Of a DNA stretch of 64,000 nucleotides, positions 49,968-59,578 are shown piece after piece; position 1 is the first letter of the stretch; every line of letters begins with the position of its first letter. Origin of the DNA: Thermoanaerobaculia bacterium (GTDB taxonomy: Bacteria > Acidobacteriota > Thermoanaerobaculia > UBA5066); assembly GCA_963719225.1 (NCBI GenBank), contig CAVRAY010000001.1:1568001-1632000 (forward strand), read 5' to 3'. Both the position numbers and the translations under genes were made by a program. The notes below the pieces were generated by a model, which was given only the letters and a program-made list of their open reading frames with translations, was not told the origin of the DNA and ran no database searches.

Positions 49968-51640
49968 CTACTCGATCGCCTCCAGCTCGCTCCACGCGCC
50001 CTTCTCGAGCGTCGCCTTGACGACGTTCACGAACGCATCTCCCTCGGCCCCGTCGATGAGCCGGTGGTCGAACGTGAGCGCGATGTAGCCCATCGTCTTG
50101 ATGGCGAGCGAATCGGAGCCGTCCGGCATCTCGACGACCTTCGCCCTCTTCTCGATCGCGCCGACGCCCATGATGGCGACCTGCGGCTGGTTGATGACGG
50201 GCGTCGCGAAGAGCGACCCGAACGAGCCGTGATTCGTCACGGTGAACGTGCCCCCCGCCACCTCGTCCGGCACGAGCTTCTTCGCGCGCGCCCGCGTGGC
50301 GAGGTCGTTCGCCGCGCGCGCCAGGCCCACGAGGGAGAGGTCGTCCGCGCGGCGGATGACGGGCACGATGAGACCCCAGTCGAGCGCGACGGCGATACCC
50401 AGGTTCACCTCGCGGTGATAGACCACGTCGTCGCCGACGATGGAGGCGTTCACGAGCGGGCGTGCCTTGAGAGCCGCGACCGCCGCGCGCAGAAGGAAGG
50501 GCAGGTACGACAGCTTCGTGCCGTACTGCTGCTCGAAGCGGGCCTTCACGCGGTTCCTCAGCTTCGCGATGCCCGAGTAGTCGACTTCGAACACGGTCGT
50601 CACGTGAGCCGACGTCTGCTTCGACTCGACCATCCGCTGCGCGATCTTCCGTCGCATCGCGCTCATGGGCTCGACGGTGACGCTGCTTCCGGACGGGAAC
50701 GCGAGCGCCGTGGGCGACGGCGCGGGCGCGCGGGGGGGACCGGAGCTTCCGCGGGTCGCGCGGCGAGGACCGCGGGAGCCGGCTCGGGAGCTGCGGGAGA
50801 GGGAGCCGGAGGTTCGGAGATTTTCTGAGAAGGCGCGGGAGCGGGCGCTGCAGCCTGTGTTGCCGGTGCCGCGGCGGCAGCCGGCTGTACACCCTTCGAA
50901 GAATCTTCTCTCCCGGTCCCCGGCGCGGCCGAAGGCCGCGCTCCTCCCGCCAGGTATCCCTCGATGTCCTGCTTCGTCACCCGGCCCGAGATGCCCGTGC
51001 CCGGGATCTGCGAGATGTCGACGCCCTTCTCCTCCGCGATCGCGCGGACGACGGGCGACGAGCGCCGCCGAAGGAGCTCTTCCTGTGATTCGCCGGGTTG
51101 AGCGGGAACGGAAGAAGGAATTGAAGATTGCTTGGAAGGCGCGGGAACGGCTGCCGCAGATGGTGTCGCCGGAGCCGCGGCGGGGGCCGGCTGCCCACCC
51201 TTCGAAGAAACCGGCGCCGCCGGAGGCGGCGCTCCTGTCCCCGGTCTCTCTTTAGCCTTCGAAGAATCTTCCGCCGGCGGAGCCGGCGGTGGCGCCGCGG
51301 CGGCCTGAGCCGCCATTCCCGCCGCGGTCGAGCTTTTCACCTCGTCCGACGAAGCCTGTTCTTCCGCAGCCGGCGGCGCAGGCGCCGCAGCGGCTTTCTC
51401 TCCCGCCTCTCCGAGGCGCGCGACGACGGTGTTGATGGGCACTGTCTGCCCTTCTGGGACGAGGATTTCGAGGAGGGTACCGCTGCCCGGAGAGGGGATT
51501 TCGGCGTCCACCTTGTCGGTGGAAATCTCGAAGAGAGGTTCGTCGCGCTTCACCGCGTCGCCGGGCTTCTTGAGCCATTTCGTGAGCGTGCCTTCGGCGA
51601 TCGACTCGCCCATCTGCGGCATGATGACGTTCGTCGGCAT
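49968..51640 (-). CDS. 2-oxoacid dehydrogenase E2 (dihydrolipoamide acyltransferase), one apparent frameshift near 50735
   Basis: STDKVD lipoyl domain and GTGISGRVTKQD E3-binding domain in one frame; DHRLIDG catalytic domain in another; switch near the G7 run at 50732-50738. Confidence 0.85.
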
Positions 51641-51658
51641 GGTCTTTATCTCCGGTGG

Positions 51659-52696
51659 CTAATACCGCACGAGCTTGCGCACGGCGGCCAGCAGCGTCTT
51701 CACGTTCGGGAGGAACGCCTCCTCCAGGGGTGGAGAGTACGGCACCGGAGTGTCGGGCGCCGTCACGCGCAGGATCGGGCCGTCCAGCCATTCGAACGCT
51801 TTCTCGGAAAGCGTGGCGGCGATCTCGGCTCCGAGCCCGCCCGTGCGCGTGTCCTCGTGGAGAACGAGGCACTTTCCGGTGCGCTTGACGGACTCGAGGA
51901 TCGCTTCCTCGTCCAGGGGCAGGAGCGTCCTGAGGTCGAGCACCTCGGCCGAGACGCCGTCTTTCTCGAGAATCGCGGCGGCTTCGAGGGCCATCCAGAG
52001 CATCGCGCCGTAGGTGACGATCGTGAGGTCCCGTCCGGCCCGGCGCACGGCGGCCTTTCCGATCGGGACGACGTAGTCCTCCTCGGGCACGCGGTCTTTC
52101 ACCCTTCTGTAGAGGAACTTGTGCTCCAGGAAGATGACCGGATCGTCGTCGCGGATCGCGGCCTTCAGGAGCCCTTTCGCGTCGTAAGCGGTCGCGGGCG
52201 CCACGACCTTGAGGCCCGGCGTCTTGACGAAGTACATCTCGGGGCTCTGCGAGTGATACGGCCCTCCGTGGACTCCGGCGCCCGACGGACCGCGCACGAC
52301 CATCGGGACGCCGACGCCGGTCCGGTACCGGTTCTTGGCCGCGAAGTTCGTGAGGAGGTCGAAGGCGCGCGAGATGAAGTCGATGAACTGCATCTCCGCT
52401 ACGGGACGCATGCCTCGCATCGCCGCCCCGATCGCGCCGCCGACGATGCCCTCCTCGGCGAGCGGCGTGTCGAGGACGCGTGCCTTGCCGAATCTCTCCT
52501 GCAGCCCCTCCGTCGCCTTGAAAGCGCCGCCGTAGACGCCTACGTCCTGGCCGAGGACGAAGACCCGTTCGTCGCGCTCCATCTCCTCGAAGAGCGCCTG
52601 TCGGATGGCCTCGAGGTAGAAGATCTCGACGCCGGCGGTCGCGTCGGCCGTCAGGGTCAGCGCCGCACCGCTTCGGGCGACTCGCGGGTCTGCCAT
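51659..52696 (-). CDS. 2-oxoacid dehydrogenase E1 beta subunit
   Basis: DVGVYGGAF, DTPLAE, EMQFIDF, HSQSPE, DPVIFLEHK. Confidence 0.92.
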   Translation of the reverse strand: MADPRVARSGAALTLTADATAGVEIFYLEAIRQALFEEMERDERVFVLGQDVGVYGGAFKATEGLQERFGKARVLDTPLAEEGIVGGAIGAAMRGMRPVAEMQFIDFISRAFDLLTNFAAKNRYRTGVGVPMVVRGPSGAGVHGGPYHSQSPEMYFVKTPGLKVVAPATAYDAKGLLKAAIRDDDPVIFLEHKFLYRRVKDRVPEEDYVVPIGKAAVRRAGRDLTIVTYGAMLWMALEAAAILEKDGVSAEVLDLRTLLPLDEEAILESVKRTGKCLVLHEDTRTGGLGAEIAATLSEKAFEWLDGPILRVTAPDTPVPYSPPLEEAFLPNVKTLLAAVRKLVRY

Positions 52697-53712
52697 CAGA
52701 GGCCCCCCGTGAAAACACCGGCGCGGCTGCGCGCGAGGATGCTCTCGTCGGCGTAGACGCCGCGGAAGGCGAGGGCCGGGTCGGGGAACGGCGAGGCCTC
52801 GGCGAACGCCACGTCCGCGTCGAGCTGCCTCTCCACCTCTTCGTGGATCCTGTGCCGCTCGGCGGCCGGCATCGCGCCGGAGGACTCGAGTGCGGATTCG
52901 AAGCGGGCAATCGGGTCCCGGGCGCGCCAGGCGGTCAGCTCTTTCGGATCGACGTACGCCTGCGCGTCGTGCTCGGCGTGACCCTTCATGCGGTAGGTCT
53001 TGCACTCGAGAAGAGTGGGACCGCCGCCCAGACGCGCTCGACTCACCGCCGTGCGGGCGGCCTCGTACACGGCGAGCGCGTCGTTTCCGTCGACGACCTC
53101 GCCGGGAATCCCGTAGCCGGGGGCCTTGTCGGCGAGTGTCCGGGCCGCACACTGCTTTTCGTAGGGCGTCGAGTACGCCCACCCGTTGAACTCCACGACG
53201 AGGACGAGCGGAAGCCTCTGCACGGCGGCGAAGTTCAGGCCTTCGTGGAACGCTCCCACGGACGTCCCGCCGTCTCCGAGGTACGTCATGCCGACCGTGC
53301 TCTTGCCCTGCATGCGATCGGCGAGGAGCATTCCCGCCACGACCGGGACGAGCGTCCCGAGCATCGCGATCGGCGAATAGACGCCCTTCTCCGGGACGGA
53401 GAAGTGGAGGTTCGCGTCCTTGCCGCCGGAGGGGGCGGTCGCGCGCGCCATGTATTGCGTGAGGATGTCGCGCGGCGAAATGCCGCGCGCGAGAACGGAG
53501 CCGAGGTTCCGGATGAGCGGCGCGAGGAGGTCTCCCTCGTCGAGCGCGAACGCGCTCGCCACGGAGGTCGCTTCCTGCCCGAGCGAGCGGTAGAGGCCGC
53601 CCACGACCTTCCCCTGGCGGTACAGGTTCACGAGCCGCTCCTCGAGCAGCCGATTCAACAGCATGCAGCGATAGAGGTCGGCGAGGCGTTGCGGCGGCAG
53701 AGACGTCGTCAT
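52696..53712 (-). CDS. 2-oxoacid dehydrogenase E1 alpha subunit
   Basis: GQEA, GDGG...N ThDP motif, VDGND, TYRMKGHAEHD. Confidence 0.92.
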   Translation of the reverse strand: MTTSLPPQRLADLYRCMLLNRLLEERLVNLYRQGKVVGGLYRSLGQEATSVASAFALDEGDLLAPLIRNLGSVLARGISPRDILTQYMARATAPSGGKDANLHFSVPEKGVYSPIAMLGTLVPVVAGMLLADRMQGKSTVGMTYLGDGGTSVGAFHEGLNFAAVQRLPLVLVVEFNGWAYSTPYEKQCAARTLADKAPGYGIPGEVVDGNDALAVYEAARTAVSRARLGGGPTLLECKTYRMKGHAEHDAQAYVDPKELTAWRARDPIARFESALESSGAMPAAERHRIHEEVERQLDADVAFAEASPFPDPALAFRGVYADESILARSRAGVFTGGL

Positions 53713-53839
53713 CTTCGGGAGCTCGTCCGGATTGCGGAGCGAGCCGCGATTATCAAGGTCCGCTCCGGCGAGGGCAAACGAGCCGGCGAAGCGCCTTGCC
53801 CCGTCCATCCGGGGCGTGTAACGTCATTCCGTCGGACGA

Positions 53840-55597
53840 GTGATGGACACGAGCGGATACGAGTTTCCCGCCCGGCGGAACCTGCAAGTCTTCGCGTTCG
53901 ACCCGATGCGGGGCCGGACCGCCGGGAACCGCCTGACTCTGGGCGTCCCCTACGAACGCCTCGCTCCCGGGCCGCTCGGCCAGAGAGTGCAGGTGATCGA
54001 CTTCGACGGGACGAATCGCGTGTTCTACGTGCCCGTGGACCTCGAAGATCCCGCCGTCCTCATGAACGACGGCCTGCAGCCGTCCGAGTCGGACCCGCGC
54101 TTTCACCAGCAGATGGTCTACGCGGTGACGATGTCGGTCGTCGAGACGTTCGAGTCGGCCCTCGGGCGGAAGCTCGCTTTCCGCAGACAGAAGGCGCTGA
54201 GGCTCTTCCCGCATGCGTTCGAGGGAGAGAACGCCTTCTACGACCGGGAGCTCTCGGCCGTGCTCTTCGGGTTCTTCAAGGCCGACGAAAAGGATCCCGG
54301 CCCGAACCTCCCGGGCCAGACCGTCTTCACGTGTCTCTCGCACGACATCATCGCCCACGAGGTGACGCACGCGCTCGTCGATCGACTGAAGCCGTTTCTC
54401 ATCGAGGCCAGCAATCCCGACGTGTACGCGTTCCACGAGGGCTTTGCGGATCTCGTCGCCATCTTTCAGCACTTCACCTTGAAGGAGGTGCTGACCGATA
54501 CGATCCAGAAGACGCGGGGAGACCTCCGGTCGCCCGGGCCTCTCGCGGACCTCGCACAACAATTCGGTTACACGACGGGCCGCCGCGGAGCTCTCCGGAC
54601 GGCGATCGACAAGCCCGACCCGTCCCTGTATCGCACCTCGACGGAGCCGCACGAGAGGGGCTCGATCCTCGTCGCGGCGGTCTTCGACGCGTTCTTCGCC
54701 GTCTACCAGCGCCGCATCGAGGATCTGATCCGCATCGCCACGGGCGGAACCGGCCGGCTCCCCGAGGGCTACCTGCACCCCGATCTCGTGAACCGGATCG
54801 CGACCGAGGCCGCCAAGACCGCCCGGAATGTCCTGACGATGTGCGTGCGGGCCTTCGAATACCTGCCTCCGGTGGACGTGACCTACAGCGACTTCCTGCG
54901 TGCCGTCGTGACGGCCGACTTCGAGACCGTTCCCGCGGACGAGCGAGGCTTGCGCGCTTCGCTGATCGAGGCGTTCCGGCTCCGCGGGGTCTATCCGGAG
55001 GGGCAGGGGGTCGTTTCGCTCGCGGAGGAATCGCTCCTGTGGAGGCCTCCCGAGGGGCCCCTCAAGCTGCCTTTCGATCCTTCGCGGGAGGCCCTCGTCG
55101 TCAGCGCCCAGGCTTTCGACCGCGGACCGAGGCGGGGGGAGCCTTCGGCTCCCGGAGCGGACGAGCGAAGTGCTCTCGACCAATGGGCGGGCCTCCTCGG
55201 GGTCTTCGCGAGCGAGCATCGCCGCGAGCTGGGCCTCGACCCGGACGTCAAGCCCCGCCTCGAAGGCTTCCACACCGTCTTTCGCTTTTCGCCGGAGGGC
55301 CGCCTCGTCGTGGAGCTGGTCGCCCAGTTCGTCCAGGAAGACCACGAAGCCGAAAAGGACCCGGCCTACGGCGGCGTCAAGGTCCTGGGCGGCACGACGG
55401 TGATCGCGTCGGTCAACGGCGACATCCGTTACGTGATCGCCAAGCCCCTTACGAAAGAGCGGCGCGAGGTCCAGCTCGAATTCGCGGCGGCGAGTGACCG
55501 GGAGGATCCGATGCTCGCGTGCGGGCGGGAAGGCTACGAGGCGCATCGGCTGAGATTCCGGAACTTCGCGCGTTTGCACGCGTCGAGGCCGCGTTGA
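53840..55597 (+). CDS. Cytoplasmic gluzincin metallopeptidase (M4/thermolysin-like)
   Basis: ENAFY, DIIAHEVTH, FHEGFAD, EPHERG; no signal peptide. Confidence 0.8.
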   Translation: MMDTSGYEFPARRNLQVFAFDPMRGRTAGNRLTLGVPYERLAPGPLGQRVQVIDFDGTNRVFYVPVDLEDPAVLMNDGLQPSESDPRFHQQMVYAVTMSVVETFESALGRKLAFRRQKALRLFPHAFEGENAFYDRELSAVLFGFFKADEKDPGPNLPGQTVFTCLSHDIIAHEVTHALVDRLKPFLIEASNPDVYAFHEGFADLVAIFQHFTLKEVLTDTIQKTRGDLRSPGPLADLAQQFGYTTGRRGALRTAIDKPDPSLYRTSTEPHERGSILVAAVFDAFFAVYQRRIEDLIRIATGGTGRLPEGYLHPDLVNRIATEAAKTARNVLTMCVRAFEYLPPVDVTYSDFLRAVVTADFETVPADERGLRASLIEAFRLRGVYPEGQGVVSLAEESLLWRPPEGPLKLPFDPSREALVVSAQAFDRGPRRGEPSAPGADERSALDQWAGLLGVFASEHRRELGLDPDVKPRLEGFHTVFRFSPEGRLVVELVAQFVQEDHEAEKDPAYGGVKVLGGTTVIASVNGDIRYVIAKPLTKERREVQLEFAAASDREDPMLACGREGYEAHRLRFRNFARLHASRPR

Positions 55598-55604
55598 GGC
55601 GCCC

Positions 55605-56915
55605 ATGAGCGCGTCCCTTTCGGTCCGCATGTACGACGTGGGCTTCGGAGACTCCTTCCTGTTCACGTTCCCCGCCAAGGGCGGCCGGCGTCCGAAAGTC
55701 CTCGTGGACTGCGGAGTCCATCAGGGTGGACCGGGGCCGGTGCCGATGAAGAAGATCGTGGAAGCGATCGTCGAGGACGTGACGGAAAAGGGCCAGCCGC
55801 GCATCGACCTCGTCATCGCCACGCATCGGCACCGCGATCACGTCTCGGGCTTCGAGCAGGCCGCGTGGAAGGACGTGCGCGTGGACGAGGTCTGGATGCC
55901 GTGGACCGAGCATCCGACCGATCCGGAGGCGCGGGCGATCCGCGAAGCCCAGGCGAAGAAAGCGCAGAAACTGGCGCTGGCGTTCGCCCGCCTCGATCTG
56001 CCGGCCGATCAGAAGCAGTCCCTCCAGGCCGTGGCCGGGAACAACCTGACGAACGCGAAGGCGATGGAGACCCTCCACGAGGGGTTCAAGGGCGCGCCGG
56101 CCCGCCGTTTCCTGCCCGAGAAGGCCGGAGCACGCTCGTGGAAGGAGGACCGGCTGCCCGGCACGACCGTGCATCTCCTGGGGCCCTCCCGAAGCCGGGA
56201 CACCATCCGCGACATGAATCCGCCTCCTGACGAGAGCTTCCTTCGGGCAGCGGCCCTGGAAGCGGCTGGAAAGCTCCTTTCCCCGTTCGAATCGCGCTGG
56301 TACTTCTCCGCCGCCGGAAAGGACTTCGAGGCCTGGTGGTCGAGGCTCGCGCGCTCCCGTCATGAGAAACCGGACGAAGATCAGGACGCGAACCTCCGGC
56401 CCGATGATTCCCTCTTCGCGGCGCGGTGGCTCGACTTCGTGGGGCTCCGCCGCGCCGACCTGAAAGCTGTCGAGGAGAAGGGCAAGGACGATCCCTTCGC
56501 CGCGGCGGTCGCCCTCGAACAGGCGGTGAACGGCACGAGCCTGATGCTGATGCTCGAGATCGGCAAGGCGTTTCTCCTCCTTCCCGGCGACGCGCAATGG
56601 GGGACGTGGCACGAGGCGCTCGACGATGCCGACTCGGCCGAGCTCCTGAAGAAGACGACCTTCTACAAGGTGGGCCACCACGGCAGCCACAACGCCACGC
56701 CCGTCGACTTCGTGAAGCTGCTCAAGGGAGAGGGTCTCACCGCGATGGTCTCGACGGAGACGAAGCCGTTCGACACCATTCCCCGCCTGCCCCTCCTCGA
56801 AGCGCTGAAGGCGAAGTCGAAACGCATCGTGCGCAGCGACGACGCAAAGGCGGACGTGAAGCCGCCGTTCAAGCGCGTCGACGCGATCCGGACCGACCTC
56901 GAGCTCGCGGTCTAG
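55605..56915 (+). CDS. MBL-fold metallo-hydrolase (ComEC/Rec2-like) with large insertions
   Basis: DVGFGD, VDCG, THRHRDH, NGTS, PGDAQ, KVGHHGSHN. Confidence 0.85.
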   Translation: MSASLSVRMYDVGFGDSFLFTFPAKGGRRPKVLVDCGVHQGGPGPVPMKKIVEAIVEDVTEKGQPRIDLVIATHRHRDHVSGFEQAAWKDVRVDEVWMPWTEHPTDPEARAIREAQAKKAQKLALAFARLDLPADQKQSLQAVAGNNLTNAKAMETLHEGFKGAPARRFLPEKAGARSWKEDRLPGTTVHLLGPSRSRDTIRDMNPPPDESFLRAAALEAAGKLLSPFESRWYFSAAGKDFEAWWSRLARSRHEKPDEDQDANLRPDDSLFAARWLDFVGLRRADLKAVEEKGKDDPFAAAVALEQAVNGTSLMLMLEIGKAFLLLPGDAQWGTWHEALDDADSAELLKKTTFYKVGHHGSHNATPVDFVKLLKGEGLTAMVSTETKPFDTIPRLPLLEALKAKSKRIVRSDDAKADVKPPFKRVDAIRTDLELAV

Positions 56916-56934
56916 GTCCGCTCGTCACCGGCTC

Positions 56935-56963
56935 TTGACAGGTCCGTCTCCCGCGCCTAGGCT
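56935..56963 (+). promoter_or_regulatory. Sigma-70 promoter of the lysine operon
   Basis: TTGACA (56935-56940), 17 bp spacer, TAGGCT (56958-56963). Confidence 0.75.
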
Positions 56964-56973
56964 GCACGCCACG

Positions 56974-57051
56974 ATGAGCGCCCCCTGCGCCCGAAAGCGC
57001 AAGACCGCGAAGAAGACTACGCCGCAAGGCGGGCGATGGAGCGTTCTCTAA
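56974..57051 (+). CDS. Putative Lys/Thr-rich leader peptide MSAPCARKRKTAKKTTPQGGRWSVL
   Basis: 25-codon ORF right after the promoter; 4 Lys and 3 Thr within 9 codons; precedes the attenuator hairpin. Confidence 0.7.
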   Translation: MSAPCARKRKTAKKTTPQGGRWSVL

Positions 57052-57091
57052 GATCGACGTCTTTCGACGATCACCACGGAGACACACCAGG

Positions 57092-57122
57092 GGCCCGCCG
57101 GAAACGGCGGGCCTTTTCGTTT
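57092..57122 (+). terminator. Attenuator terminator before asd
   Basis: GGCCCGCCG-GAAA-CGGCGGGCC followed by TTTTCGTTT, ending 15 nt before the asd ATG. Confidence 0.85.
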
Positions 57123-57137
57123 CGAGAAGGAGAACCC

Positions 57138-58217
57138 ATGGCGACCCCGAACGATTTCCGGATTCCGGTGGCGGTCCTCGGCGCGACGGGCGCCGTGGGA
57201 CAGCGCCTCGTCTCCCTGCTGGAGGGTCACCCGCGGTTCGTCCTCGCGGAGGTCGCGGCCTCGGAGAGATCGGCGGGGAAGCGCTACGCCGACGCGACGC
57301 GCTGGTTCCTGCCGGGCGACGTCCCGGCCGCCGCGCGCGACCTCGTCGTCACCTCCGTCGAAGACGAGCTGTCGTCGCCGCTCTGCCTGTCCGCGCTCGA
57401 TGCGGCCGTCGCGGACACCGTCGAGCCGCTCCAGGCCTCACGCGGGAAGCTCGTCGTCTCGAACACGAAGTCGTTCCGGATGAAGCCGGACGTCCCTCTC
57501 GTCATCCCGGAAGTGAACCCGGACCATCTCGCTCTTCTCGACGTGCAGTCGTGGCACGCCGCGGGCGGCGGCATCGTGACGAACCCGAACTGCTCCGTCG
57601 TGGGCCTCGCCATGGCGCTCGCGCCGCTCGAGCGCGCCTTCGGCGTCGGGCGCGTTTCGGTCACGACGATGCAGGCGCTCTCGGGAGCCGGCTATCCCGG
57701 AGTGGCATCGCTGGACGCGCAGGGCAACGTGATTCCGTTCATCGACGGCGAGGAGGAGAAGATCGAGAGGGAGCCGCGAAAGATCCTGGGTCGCCTCGTG
57801 AACGGGCGCGTCGTGGACGCGGACTTCCCGATCTCGGTTTCCGTGAACCGCGTGCCGGTGCGAGACGGCCACACGGAATCGGTCTTCGTCGATCTCAGGA
57901 ACAAGGCGTCTCTGGACGAGGTGCGCGGCGTGCTCGACGCTTTCACGGGAGAGCCGCAGCGGCTGAAGCTGCCCTCTGCTCCGGCGCGGCCGATCGTCGT
58001 CCGCGACGAGCGGGACCGGCCCCAGCCCGCGCGCGACGTCGACGCGGGAAACGGCATGACGGTGACGATCGGGCGCCTGCGGCCCGATCCCGCGTTCGAC
58101 TTCAAGTTCACCGTTCTCGTCCACAACACGGTACGCGGGGCGGCCGGAGCGGCCCTGCTCAACGCCGAGCTGCTCCTGGCGCAGGGGCGCGTCGTCTCGC
58201 GAGCTCCCGTGCGATGA
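57138..58217 (+). CDS. asd: Aspartate-semialdehyde dehydrogenase (archaeal/fungal-type clade)
   Basis: GATGAVGQR, SERSAGKRY, PEVN, NPNC, SGAGYPGV, HNTVRGAAG. Confidence 0.95.
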   Translation: MATPNDFRIPVAVLGATGAVGQRLVSLLEGHPRFVLAEVAASERSAGKRYADATRWFLPGDVPAAARDLVVTSVEDELSSPLCLSALDAAVADTVEPLQASRGKLVVSNTKSFRMKPDVPLVIPEVNPDHLALLDVQSWHAAGGGIVTNPNCSVVGLAMALAPLERAFGVGRVSVTTMQALSGAGYPGVASLDAQGNVIPFIDGEEEKIEREPRKILGRLVNGRVVDADFPISVSVNRVPVRDGHTESVFVDLRNKASLDEVRGVLDAFTGEPQRLKLPSAPARPIVVRDERDRPQPARDVDAGNGMTVTIGRLRPDPAFDFKFTVLVHNTVRGAAGAALLNAELLLAQGRVVSRAPVR

Positions 58218-59578
58218 CCGACGTCCTCAAGTTCGGCGGGACGTCGGTGGGATCGGCCGAGCGGATCCGGGACGTCGCGCGCCTCGTCGAAACGCGCGGG
58301 GGAGAGCCGGGCCTCGTCGTCGTCTCGGCGATGGCCGGGGTGACGGACCTTCTGGTCGGATTGAAGAATTCTTCGAAAGAGAAGGAGCGGGCCGCTGCCG
58401 AGTCCGCGCTCGACGAGCTGGAAGGTCGCCACCGCGCGGCGCTCGATGGCCTTTCCCTTCCCGAAAGCGAGAAGCGGATCTGCGCCGTCGCGATCGACGA
58501 GGAGATGCGGCGATGCCGGGAGCTGTCTCTCGGGATCTCCCTACTCGAAGAAATCTCTCCTCGAACCTCGGATGCGCTCCTGGCGATCGGAGAATTGATC
58601 TGCTCGCGCCTCGTCGCCGCCGCGCTCCGCGCGAGCGGCGCGGAGGCCGTGTGGATCGATCCGCGCGACGTCCTCGCGACGGACCGCTCGTACGGCGCGG
58701 CGCTGGCGGACGAGAAGGAGACCGCGATCCGCGTGGCCAGGCACGTCGCGCCTCACCTCGCGGCGAGCCGGATCGTCGTCACGGGGGGCTTCGTCGGCGC
58801 CGCGCCGGACGGCTCGACGACGACCCTCGGCCGGGGAGGGTCGGACTACTCGGCCGCGCTCTTCGGCGCCGCGCTCCACGACATCGGGCGGTCCGTGGGC
58901 CGGATCGAGATCTGGACGGACGTGGACGGAATCCTGACCGCCGATCCACGCGTGGTTTCCGCGGCGCGGCTCGTGCCGGAGGTGAGCTATCCCGAGGCGG
59001 CCGAGCTGGCGTTCTTCGGAGCGAAGGTCCTCCATCCGGCCACGATCCGCCCGGCCGTGGCGCGCGGGATCCCGGTCGCCGTCAAGAACACGTTCCGCCC
59101 CGAATGCCCTGGAACCGTCGTGCGCCAGGACGTGCCCGGGAACGGCGTCCGGGCCGTCGCCATGCGCGGGGGGGTGACGGCGCTCTTCGTGGGCAGCCCG
59201 CGCATGCTGCTCGCCCACGGCTACGCGGCGAAGGTCTTCTCCGTCTTCGAGAAGCACGGCGTGCCGGTGGACGTCATCGCGACGAGCGAGGTCTCGATTT
59301 CCATCACGGTGAGCGAAAAGGCGCCCCTCGAAGGCGTCGTGCGCGACCTTTCCGAGTTCGCCGAGGTCTCGCTCCTCAAGCATCTCGCGGTCGTGTCCGT
59401 CGTCGGAAAGGGTCTGCGCTCGACGGCCGGGGTCGCCTTCCGGATCTTCGGCGCGGTCGGCGACGTGAACGTCGTCCTCATCTCGCAGGGCGCATCCGAC
59501 ACGAACGTGACTTTCGTGGTCGACGGAAACGACGCACCAGAAGCGCTGCGAAGGCTCCACAGGGAGTTCTTCGAATGA
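58214..59578 (+). CDS. lysC: Aspartate kinase
   Basis: KFGGTSV, LGRGGSDYSA, WTDVDG, GAKVLHP, two ACT domains. Confidence 0.93.
   Translation: MTDVLKFGGTSVGSAERIRDVARLVETRGGEPGLVVVSAMAGVTDLLVGLKNSSKEKERAAAESALDELEGRHRAALDGLSLPESEKRICAVAIDEEMRRCRELSLGISLLEEISPRTSDALLAIGELICSRLVAAALRASGAEAVWIDPRDVLATDRSYGAALADEKETAIRVARHVAPHLAASRIVVTGGFVGAAPDGSTTTLGRGGSDYSAALFGAALHDIGRSVGRIEIWTDVDGILTADPRVVSAARLVPEVSYPEAAELAFFGAKVLHPATIRPAVARGIPVAVKNTFRPECPGTVVRQDVPGNGVRAVAMRGGVTALFVGSPRMLLAHGYAAKVFSVFEKHGVPVDVIATSEVSISITVSEKAPLEGVVRDLSEFAEVSLLKHLAVVSVVGKGLRSTAGVAFRIFGAVGDVNVVLISQGASDTNVTFVVDGNDAPEALRRLHREFFE

Noticed and set aside
56964-57137. Lysine riboswitch upstream of asd
   Set aside because: No recognisable L-box conserved elements, and too little room before the terminator; the leader-peptide model fits better. 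No covariance search was run.
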